A DNA stretch of 32,000 bases from Pseudomonadota bacterium (GCA_023402175.1 JAEXCN010000099.1:25178-57177), one strand, 5' to 3'. Counted from the first letter of the stretch, positions 8,706 through 14,165 are shown. Numbers and translations are program-made. Notes: generated by a model not told the origin, from the letters alone.

Positions 8706-10313
8706 TCAGATCGAGACGGACTCGATCTCGTGGAGAAAGGCGGAGCCGTCGGCGTCACCTTTCGCGAACGCGGCCACGATCTCGAAGACGGCATCGGAGA
8801 AACCGCCGACGTTCAGCACATCGCTGCGGTTCGCGACCTGCGTGGTCGCGTAGGGCTGCAGGTCGACGAGCACGAGCCTGGCGCGCGGATTGTTCGCACG
8901 GAGTCGCTCCCATTCCTCGGCCATGACGGTCGCTCTCGTCGCGTTCGATGCGCTCGGATCCACAGCGCGTGGCTCGAGCCTGAAGTCCGCCCACGACTGG
9001 TTGTCGGAGACGAAGACGACGAGGTCGGGGGCCATGCCGCGCGCATTGAGCCACCGCAGCGGCGCAGCGCACGAGGTCCCGCCGCTCGGGAGCGACGAGA
9101 GGAGCTCGGCGTTGGTGACCACCGAATCCAGCGCGTTGAGCTGACGACGAAGGGGGACGACGTCGTCCGAGAACGGCAGGACCGTCGCGCGCTCGTTCTT
9201 CCGGAGCAGCGCGGCAGTCGCGAGCGCGGCGACGTCGATGCAACGGACCTTGGAGGAGGCAGTCCCGCGCCGGCCCGTGACTGGAGAGTGCATCGACCCT
9301 GACACGTCCGGACACAGCGCGACGGAGCCGGCGACCTCGGGCACGTTCGCGACGGCGTGCTCGACGGAGCGAGCCAGCGCGTTGACGATCCCCGGCGGCA
9401 TGCTGGTCTCGACCGCGCGATATGCGGCGAGGAGCTGATAGGGGAGTGTGCGCGAGCGCTTCACGGCCTCGGCATCCGAGAGCTTCTCGGCGACGAGATC
9501 GACCATCGCGGGATCGGTGAAGACGCCGTGACGGTAGAGCGTGTTGAGGTTCTGGCGGAGCTGATTGAACGTCATCTTCTTCGCCAGCTCGGTCCAGTGC
9601 TGGGCGCGCAGTGGGAGAGCGGTGAGCATCTCGAACGGCACGTCCGGCAGAGGCTCCCGATCGTTCTTCTTCCAGGCTTCGAATGCCTGGGTGAGCGGCG
9701 GGAGCTTGGAGCAGTCCACGTTCTTTCCGATGAGGTAGCCGTAGAGGGCCTCACGAACGGCATCGGCTTCGCCCTTGTCGTTCCGCGGGGGAGGGCGAAC
9801 CATCTTGATGACGTCCGACATGGACGGGCTCTGACCGATGGACTGGCGGAAGATGGTCTCGGGGCTCTTCGCTGCGAACCATTCGCGGAGCGCTCGCTTC
9901 GGGGCCGAGCCGAACGACTTGCGGCCCGTGACACCGGAGCGAACGATCGCCACGAACGTCCGCAGCATCCGCGCGTCGTCGATGACGCGTGGGAAGACAC
10001 GCAGCATGAGGGCGACATCGCGCGCGGCGAGCCAGGCGACGAGGAACGCCGGGACGTCCTTCATCCTGCCGTGCTTGCGGCAATACACGGCCGTCTTTGC
10101 GACGAGCTCCGGGCTCACCGAGCTCGCGAGTGCCGCGACGTTCTCGAGCTGCTGCTCGTCGGTCGCGTAGAACGTGCCGTGAAACGTGCCGGTGACTGCG
10201 TATTGCGCCAGAGCATGCTCGGGCGGGAGCGCGTATGCCAGGCCGCCGGCTTCGTTGAATGCGTCGGCAACGGGGGCATTTCCTCCGTGACCAAATAGAT
10301 GCTTGTTCGGCAT
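8706..10313 (-). CDS. rsr: Ro60-related protein Rsr (TROVE domain plus vWA/MIDAS domain), 535 aa
   Basis: ATG 10313 preceded by AAGGAGAAACC. N-terminus NEAGGLAYAL...GTFHGTFYATDEQQ (TROVE-like). C-terminus ALCPDVSGSM (DxSxS MIDAS)...GGTSCAAPL...VFVSDNQSW. The track ORF extends to 10988 only because the upstream tRNA genes lack stops. Confidence 0.85.
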   Translation of the reverse strand: MPNKHLFGHGGNAPVADAFNEAGGLAYALPPEHALAQYAVTGTFHGTFYATDEQQLENVAALASSVSPELVAKTAVYCRKHGRMKDVPAFLVAWLAARDVALMLRVFPRVIDDARMLRTFVAIVRSGVTGRKSFGSAPKRALREWFAAKSPETIFRQSIGQSPSMSDVIKMVRPPPRNDKGEADAVREALYGYLIGKNVDCSKLPPLTQAFEAWKKNDREPLPDVPFEMLTALPLRAQHWTELAKKMTFNQLRQNLNTLYRHGVFTDPAMVDLVAEKLSDAEAVKRSRTLPYQLLAAYRAVETSMPPGIVNALARSVEHAVANVPEVAGSVALCPDVSGSMHSPVTGRRGTASSKVRCIDVAALATAALLRKNERATVLPFSDDVVPLRRQLNALDSVVTNAELLSSLPSGGTSCAAPLRWLNARGMAPDLVVFVSDNQSWADFRLEPRAVDPSASNATRATVMAEEWERLRANNPRARLVLVDLQPYATTQVANRSDVLNVGGFSDAVFEIVAAFAKGDADGSAFLHEIESVSI

Positions 10314-10403
10314 GGTTTCTCCTTTCCGAGCTCGTGTGAGGTGTCGGTCGTGCGCTTGCTCCGGCGCACGATCGTGTGTTGTTCCGGTTTCGAAGAGATG
10401 AGG

Positions 10404-10477
10404 CGTTCCCGACGGGATTCGAACCCGTGTTCCTGGCTTGAGAGACCAGAGTCCTTGGCCGTCTAGACGACGGGAAC
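10404..10477 (-). tRNA. tRNA-Glu(CUC), 74 nt, canonical
   Basis: GTTCCCG TC GTC-TAGACGGCCAAG-GAC T CTGGT-CTCTCAA-GCCAG GAAC ACGGG-TTCGAAT-CCCGT CGGGAAC G. Confidence 0.9.
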
Positions 10478-10519
10478 CGACGAGGAGCGCGCGGAGGCGC
10501 GGGCGCAGTCGAAAGATGA

Positions 10520-10647
10520 AGGTCGTCCGAGTGTCTCGAGCATCGGTGTTGACTTGGGAGTCGAACCCAAAACGGTCAGCTTCTGAGGCTGGTGTCCTTC
10601 CATTGGACGAGTCGAGTGCGTGTGAGCTCGGGTCGAGCGGACGACCT
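10520..10647 (-). ncRNA. Y-RNA-like candidate: tRNA-like domain (anticodon CAG, short variable loop, weak acceptor) clamped by a long terminal stem module
   Basis: 10-bp H1 AGGTCGTCCG/CGGACGACCT, 7x7 internal loop (CTCGACC / AGACACT), 5-bp H2 CGAGC/GCTCG, then TCACACGC. This leads into D GTCC-AATGGAA-GGAC, AC CCAGC-CTCAGAA-GCTGA and T TTGGG-TTCGACT-CCCAA. The same module occurs in units A-D. Lies about 200 nt upstream of rsr. Confidence 0.5.
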
Positions 10648-10721
10648 GGATGCAGCGGCTGGAGTCGCACCAGCGTCTCGAGCTTATGAGGCTCGCGGGG
10701 TGGCTCCTCCCCCACGCTGCA
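10647..10721 (-). tRNA. tRNA(CAU) Met/Ile2-type, 72 nt plus encoded CCA
   Basis: Acceptor TGCAGCG/CGCTGCA. D GGGG-AGGAGCCA-CCCC. AC CGAGC-CTCATAA-GCTCG. T GCTGG-TGCGACT-CCAGC (G55). T73-CCA. Confidence 0.75.
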
Positions 10722-10760
10722 ATGAGTCTCCGGATCGAGAGTGTTCTCGCGTCTGGAGGG

Positions 10761-10830
10761 CACCTTCGCCGGGAGTCGAACCCGGAGAACGAGCTTCGGA
10801 GGCTCGGCCCTGATTCCGCAGGACGAAGGT
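10761..10830 (-). tRNA. tRNA-Arg(CCG), 70 nt
   Basis: Acceptor ACCTTCG/CGAAGGT. AC CGAGC-CTCCGAA-GCTCG. T CCGGG-TTCGACT-CCCGG. D-arm CCTG-CGGAAT-CAGG shifted by 1 nt. Confidence 0.7.
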
Positions 10831-10834
10831 AGGG

Positions 10835-10923
10835 AGGAAGAAAGAGGTCTCGAACCCCACACGCTCTTCCGAGCGTGCGCATTGCTTTCGAGGCAAGCCC
10901 GGCGCCCAGCCGGTTTTTCATCC
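10835..10923 (-). tRNA. tRNA-Ser(CGA), class II, 89 nt
   Basis: Acceptor GGATGAA/TTCTTCC (one U-U). AAA linker. D CCGG-CTGGGCG-CCGG. AC loop CTCGAAA. Variable arm ACGCTC-GGAA-GAGCGT. T-loop TTCGAGA. Confidence 0.75.
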
Positions 10924-10930
10924 ATGTCAG

Positions 10931-11003
10931 TGGTCGGTGAGGGAATCGAACCCCCTACGCAGAGCTTTTCAAACTCCCGCTCTACCAATTGAGCTTACCG
11001 ACC
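10931..11003 (-). tRNA. tRNA-Phe(GAA), 73 nt, canonical
   Basis: GGTCGGT AA GCTC-AATTGGTA-GAGC G GGAGT-TTGAAAA-GCTCT GCGTA GGGGG-TTCGATT-CCCTC ACCGACC A. Confidence 0.9.
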
Positions 11004-11015
11004 GTTTCAACGTGC

Positions 11016-11090
11016 TGGCCTCCCCGCCAGGAATCGAACCTGGACAACTGGCTTCGTAGACCGGTGCGTGGGATCCACCACGACGAGGAG
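11016..11090 (-). tRNA. tRNA-Arg(ACG), 72 nt plus encoded CCA
   Basis: Acceptor CTCCTCG/CGGGGAG. AC loop CTACGAA (stem has a C-A mismatch). T CCAGG-TTCGATT-CCTGG. 5-bp shifted D-stem CGTGG/CCACG. Confidence 0.7.
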
Positions 11091-11094
11091 AGGG

Positions 11095-11182
11095 AGGAAG
11101 GCAGAGGACTCGAACCTCACGCGGCTCGACACCGCGCGAATCGCGTTCCAGACGATCTCCGCCCCCGGCGGATTTGCCTTCC
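11095..11182 (-). tRNA. tRNA-Ser(GGA), class II, 88 nt
   Basis: Acceptor GGAAGGC/GCCTTCC. AAA linker. D TCCG-CCGGGGG-CGGA. AC ATCGT-CTGGAAC-GCGAT. Variable arm CGCGG...CCGCG. T-loop TTCGAGT. Paralog of Ser(CGA). Confidence 0.75.
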
Positions 11183-11216
11183 GGGTATTGCAATGCGCCT
11201 GCTCATGCGAGCGCGG

Positions 11217-11291
11217 TCAGGACGGCAGGATTCGAACCTGCGCTCTCCAGTCCCCCAGACTGGCGCTTTTGCCGGGCTAAGCTACGCCCTG
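11217..11291 (-). tRNA. tRNA-Pro(GGG), 75 nt
   Basis: CAGGGCG TA GCTT-AGCCCGGCAA-AAGC G CCAGT-CTGGGGG-ACTGG AGAGC GCAGG-TTCGAAT-CCTGC CGTCCTG A. Confidence 0.85.
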
Positions 11292-11390
11292 AGGCTTTCA
11301 CGTAGTCGTGGAAATCAAGAATAAAGTGGTCCAGTTTCACGTCATGGACCAGGACGCGGGAGCTCTGTCGACGCTCACGCGATCGACGCC

Positions 11391-11924
11391 TCATGCAGAG
11401 AGCGGAGCCGAAGCCGTGTAGCCGTCGCAGTACGGCTGCCAGACATCCGGCAGATCACCCTCATCGAGACGGATCGGCGGCACGGCGGGCAGCCAGGTCG
11501 GCTTCTTCGGCTGCCGCAGCAGCTTCATGCCGGCCTGCTCAGGCGTGCGGCTCCCCTTGCGATCGTTGCATGCGTAGCAGGAGGTGACGATGTTCTCCCA
11601 AACCGTCTTTCCTCCCTGCACGCGCGGGATGACGTGGTCGTAGTTGAGGCCTCTGATCGGCTTCTTGTCACCGCAGTACTGGCAGCGGAACCTGTCGCGC
11701 GTAAAGACGTTCATCCGGGAGAAGCGGACCGACTGCTTCGTCGACACCGACCCCTTCTTCAGGCGGACCACGGCGGGCGTCATCATCGCGATGCTCGGGG
11801 CACGGAGCTCCGCGTCCCAGGTCTCGATGACTTCGACCTTGCCGAGATAAGCCAGCACGACGGCGCGCTGCCAGGGAATGATCTTGTGAGGCGCCATCCA
11901 TGGAGTCAGCATCAGCGTTTGCAT
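11391..11924 (-). CDS. HNH endonuclease (177 aa)
   Basis: CQYCG...DHVIPRVQGGKTVWENIVTSCYACNDRKG (HNH with Cys4 zinc motif). N-terminus IIPWQRAVVLAYLGKVEVIE is typical of the small stand-alone HNH family. Same strand as the tRNA array. Confidence 0.85.
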   Translation of the reverse strand: MQTLMLTPWMAPHKIIPWQRAVVLAYLGKVEVIETWDAELRAPSIAMMTPAVVRLKKGSVSTKQSVRFSRMNVFTRDRFRCQYCGDKKPIRGLNYDHVIPRVQGGKTVWENIVTSCYACNDRKGSRTPEQAGMKLLRQPKKPTWLPAVPPIRLDEGDLPDVWQPYCDGYTASAPLSA

Positions 11925-12064
11925 GGGTCACCGTTTCTTTCTCGTTTTCAAGGCTCGATCTCCTTTTCGGAGGGATGAAGAAGTCGTGCGGGATGCACGA
12001 CGACGGGCGTCATCAGAGATAGCGAACGGACGGTGCGCTGATGTTGCTCGGATATGGCGAGTAG

Positions 12065-12149
12065 TGTCACCGGAGGGAGTCGAACCCTCAAACTCGCAAC
12101 GGAGCCCAGCATCTCGGGCTGGCGTGTATTCCAGTTCCACCACGGTGAC
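12065..12149 (-). tRNA. tRNA-Leu(GAG), class II, 85 nt
   Basis: Acceptor GTCACCG/CGGTGAC, A73. 3-bp D-stem. AC CCAGC-CCGAGAT-GCTGG (C33). ~16-nt variable arm. T GAGGG-TTCGACT-CCCTC. Confidence 0.8.
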
Positions 12150-12186
12150 GTGTCGCGTCCGTCTCGCGCTCGGCGATCTTGGACGT

Positions 12187-12266
12187 TGGTACCGACGGAG
12201 GGATTCGAACCCTCACAACACACAGTTTCTGAGACTGCGGCCTCTACCAGATTGGGCCACGTCGGC
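12187..12266 (-). tRNA. tRNA with Leu anticodon CAG but only a 7-nt variable loop (77 nt plus CCA)
   Basis: GCCGACG TG GCC-CAATCTGGTAGA-GGC C GCAGT-CTCAGAA-ACTGT GTGTTGT GAGGG-TTCGAAT-CCCTC CGTCGGT A CCA. Leu-like D-arm but no long variable arm. Confidence 0.65.
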
Positions 12267-12298
12267 ATGAAGCGCGATCCGCAGGGCGGCTTGCGCGG

Positions 12299-12373
12299 TC
12301 TGTGCAGGAGGATTCGAACCTCCAATCCCTCCGACCCGAACGGAGTGCTCTAGCCAGGTTGAGCCATGCACAG
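12299..12373 (-). tRNA. tRNA-Pro(CGG), 75 nt, canonical
   Basis: CTGTGCA TG GCTC-AACCTGGCTA-GAGC A CTCCG-TTCGGGT-CGGAG GGATT GGAGG-TTCGAAT-CCTCC TGCACAG A (C1-G72, A73). Confidence 0.9.
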
Positions 12374-12412
12374 AGAAACGACGATGATCGACGGGAGCTC
12401 GAGCCATCGCCG

Positions 12413-12484
12413 TGGTGGACCAGTCGGGAGTCGCACCCGAACCATCTGCTTGCAAGACAGACGTCTCCCCTCGGAGACAAGCCC
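12413..12484 (-). tRNA. tRNA-Ala(UGC), 69 nt plus CCA, mini D-arm
   Basis: Acceptor GGGCTTG/CTGGTCC with G3-U70. D CTCC-GAGG-GGAG (4-nt loop). AC TCTGT-CTTGCAA-GCAGA. T TCGGG-TGCGACT-CCCGA (G55). Confidence 0.7.
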
Positions 12485-12523
12485 ATGTTGAATCACTGCA
12501 TGACGGCGGGACTGGCCCGCCGG

Positions 12524-12596
12524 TGCGGCGCGCAGGGATCGCACCTGCCTCCTCCTGCTCGTCATGCAGGCGCAGTCGCTAGACTGCCAGCGCCGC
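12524..12596 (-). tRNA. tRNA-Val(GAC), 73 nt
   Basis: GCGGCGC TG GCAG-TCTAGCGA-CTGC G CCTGC-ATGACGA-GCAGG AGGAG GCAGG-TGCGATC-CCTGC GCGCCGC A. G55, and no GG in the D-loop. Confidence 0.75.
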
Positions 12597-12619
12597 TCTT
12601 CTCGTCGAAGAGAGCTTCG

Positions 12620-12692
12620 TGGATCACCTGCGAATCGAACGCAGTGCGGGCTCCTTATCAGAGAGTCCAGGGTGACCAACCCGTCGTGATCC
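12620..12692 (-). tRNA. tRNA-Ile(GAU), 73 nt
   Basis: GGATCAC GA CGGG-TTGGTCAC-CCTG G ACTCT-CTGATAA-GGAGC CCGCA CTGCG-TTCGATT-CGCAG GTGATCC A. Confidence 0.8.
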
Positions 12693-12715
12693 GTCGTTTA
12701 TGTCTGGTGAACGAT

Positions 12716-12787
12716 TGGAGAGCCGAGAGGGAGTTGAACCCTCGCGCGCCGTTTTGCAGACGACGATCCTCCCCGGAGAATCGGCTC
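12716..12787 (-). tRNA. tRNA-Cys(GCA), 69 nt plus CCA, mini D-arm
   Basis: Acceptor GAGCCGA/TCGGCTC. D TCC-GGGGA-GGA. AC GTCGT-CTGCAAA-ACGGC. T GAGGG-TTCAACT-CCCTC. T73-CCA. Confidence 0.65.
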
Positions 12788-12852
12788 GAAGAAGTGGGCG
12801 CAGTTCCCTGTTGGCCGACGTCACGTGCGCGTCGGACGTTGGGGCTGCGCGG

Positions 12853-12923
12853 AGCGGGCAGAGGGAATCGCACCCTCATTGTCAGTTTGGAAGACTGCGG
12901 TCCTACTGTTGGACGATACCCGC
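12853..12923 (-). tRNA. tRNA-Gly(UCC), 71 nt
   Basis: GCGGGTA TC GTCC-AACAGTA-GGAC C GCAGT-CTTCCAA-ACTGA CAAT GAGGG-TGCGATT-CCCTC TGCCCGC T. G55, and no GG in the D-loop. Confidence 0.75.
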
Positions 12924-13119
12924 AGGATATGAATCGAAGTATCGCAAGCCTCGACGAGATTGACGAAGACGTAGGTGATCGGCAGCTCGCGCTGCCGGGC
13001 ACCATGATGCACGAGCGAGCAGCAGCCGCTCTTGCATCATCGGCACATTGAAGCCGCCCGCGAAGGCAGCTTCCGTTCGCCCCGCAAGGAGAGAGTCCAC
13101 CGAGGTGGTCTCCTGAGAA

Positions 13120-13225
13120 GCGCTCGGCTGGAGTCCGCGGAGCGCTCTCTGACTCTCCCTATGCCATCGCTAGGTCGGTCGCCCGACGTTCGCTACCTTA
13201 GGACCGTTATAGTTACGGATGTAGT
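13120..13225 (-). ncRNA. 23S rRNA domain IV (H69-H71) look-alike fragment inside a ~400-nt non-tRNA spacer
   Basis: Minus sense 13218..13189 reads CCGTAACTATAACGGTCCTAAGGTAGCGAA, which as I recall it is the universally conserved 23S segment and contains the I-CeuI site. It is followed by GTCGGG..CCGACCT..CGATGGC..GAGAGTCAGAGA..CCGCGG, patches colinear with 23S H70/H71 but with the loops deleted. Confidence 0.6.
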
Positions 13226-13322
13226 CCTCGTCGGCATTCGAGACCGACGCTGATGTTGCTCGTGTCGTGTGAGATCTGTTGTTCGTAATTTTCGAGATCG
13301 CTGCCCAGGGATGGGGCAGCGC

Positions 13323-13398
13323 TGGTGGAACCGGCCGGACTCGCACCGGCAACCTCCTCGATGCCATCGAGGCGCTCTCCTGGCTGAGCTACGGCCCC
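13323..13398 (-). tRNA. tRNA-Ala(GGC), 73 nt plus CCA
   Basis: GGGGCCG TA GCTC-AGCCAGGA-GAGC G CCTCG-ATGGCAT-CGAGG AGGTT GCCGG-TGCGAGT-CCGGC CGGTTCC A CCA. G3-U70, G55. Confidence 0.85.
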
Positions 13399-13425
13399 TT
13401 TCGTTCGGATGTCCTTCGCGTGTGG

Positions 13426-13499
13426 TGGTGGAGCGACGGGGAATCGCACCCCGATCCCTGCAATGCGAATGCAGCGTTCTCCTGTTGAACTATCGCCCC
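13426..13499 (-). tRNA. tRNA-Ala(CGC), 71 nt plus CCA
   Basis: GGGGCGA TA GTTC-AACAGGA-GAAC G CTGCA-TTCGCAT-TGCAG GGAT CGGGG-TGCGATT-CCCCG TCGCTCC A CCA. G3-U70, G55. Confidence 0.8.
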
Positions 13500-13533
13500 A
13501 GGGTCCCCACGTGGTGGGGAGCAGACAAGTCGG

Positions 13534-13604
13534 CAGGCCGCGAAGGAATCGAACCCTCTCTCCGGGGGTTGGAATCCCGGCTGGTCACCATGACTCTACG
13601 GCCT
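13534..13604 (-). tRNA. tRNA-Trp(CCA), 71 nt, aberrant D-arm
   Basis: Acceptor AGGCCGT/GCGGCCT, G73. AC CGGGA-TTCCAAC-CCCCG (A31-C39 mismatch). T GAGGG-TTCGATT-CCTTC. The D region pairs only as GTC-ATGGT-GAC. Confidence 0.65.
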
Positions 13605-13631
13605 GTGCTCTCGAGCGCGGTGCGCTTGCAG

Positions 13632-13703
13632 CGCCTCGTAGGGGAATCGAACCCCTCTCGCCCCATAGACAGTGGGGTTGCGACGCCAGTCGCATCACGA
13701 GGC
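13632..13703 (-). tRNA. tRNA-Asp(GUC), 72 nt
   Basis: GCCTCGT GA TGCG-ACTGGCGT-CGCA A CCCCA-CTGTCTA-TGGGG CGAG AGGGG-TTCGATT-CCCCT ACGAGGC G. Position 37 is U. Confidence 0.75.
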
Positions 13704-13727
13704 AATGAACGTCGATATTCGTGGCGG

Positions 13728-13799
13728 TGTCCTCGGCAGGAGTCGAACCCGCGTCTGCCGGTTTAGAAGACCGGCGCCTCTCCGCTCGGCCACGAGGAC
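13728..13799 (-). tRNA. tRNA-Arg(UCU), 72 nt
   Basis: GTCCTCG TG GCC-GAGCGGAGA-GGC G CCGGT-CTTCTAA-ACCGG CAGAC GCGGG-TTCGACT-CCTGC CGAGGAC A. The D-arm looks like a class II type. Confidence 0.75.
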
Positions 13800-13820
13800 G
13801 TTCTTGCTCTCCTGGCTCGG

Positions 13821-13885
13821 CGTCCCCGGCAGGAGTCGAACCTGCGTCGACCGGATTAGGAGCCTATCCGTTCGGCCAGGATGAC
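13821..13885 (-). pseudogene. tRNA-like paralog of Arg(UCU) with ~7-nt deletion in the anticodon arm (65 nt)
   Basis: GTCATCC TG GCC-GAACGGATA-GGC T CC..TAATCCGG TCGAC GCAGG-TTCGACT-CCTGC CGGGGAC G. Two acceptor mismatches and no 5-7-5 anticodon arm. Confidence 0.5.
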
Positions 13886-13929
13886 AGAGGCTGTCTGCGC
13901 AGGCGAAGAGTGGATCGGTGCGCGGCCGG

Positions 13930-14002
13930 GGTAGCGTACGGGAATCGCACCCGCCTCCACTGAGTCACAATCAGCCCTCGTCACTAGACGAGTAACGCTA
14001 CC
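13930..14002 (-). tRNA. tRNA-His(GUG) with encoded G-1, 73 nt
   Basis: G-1 GTAGCGT TA CTCG-TCTAGTGA-CGAG G GCTGA-TTGTGAC-TCAGT GGAG GCGGG-TGCGATT-CCCGT ACGCTAC C73. G55. Confidence 0.8.
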
Positions 14003-14084
14003 ATGTATTCAGATGCTCATTCGAGTCGGTGATGTCAACCTCGAGCCTGAATTTCGTCTGCCGTTGATAGGCACTTCGTCGAAC

Positions 14085-14159
14085 TGGTGCTCCCGATCGG
14101 AATCGAACCGATACCTTCCGCTTGAAAGGCGGAGATCCTGACCACTAGATGACGGGAGC
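14085..14159 (-). tRNA. tRNA-Glu(UUC), 72 nt plus CCA
   Basis: GCTCCCG TC ATC-TAGTGGTCAG-GAT C TCCGC-CTTTCAA-GCGGA AGGT ATCGG-TTCGATT-CCGAT CGGGAGC A CCA. Confidence 0.85.
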
Positions 14160-14165
14160 AAACGT

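Noticed and set aside
10314-10988. N-terminal 225-aa extension of the rsr ORF (track ORF 8706..10988)
   Set aside because: The extension runs through tRNA-Glu, the Y-like element and three more tRNA genes. The ATG at 10313 has a strong AAGGAG RBS, and the TROVE homology starts right after it.
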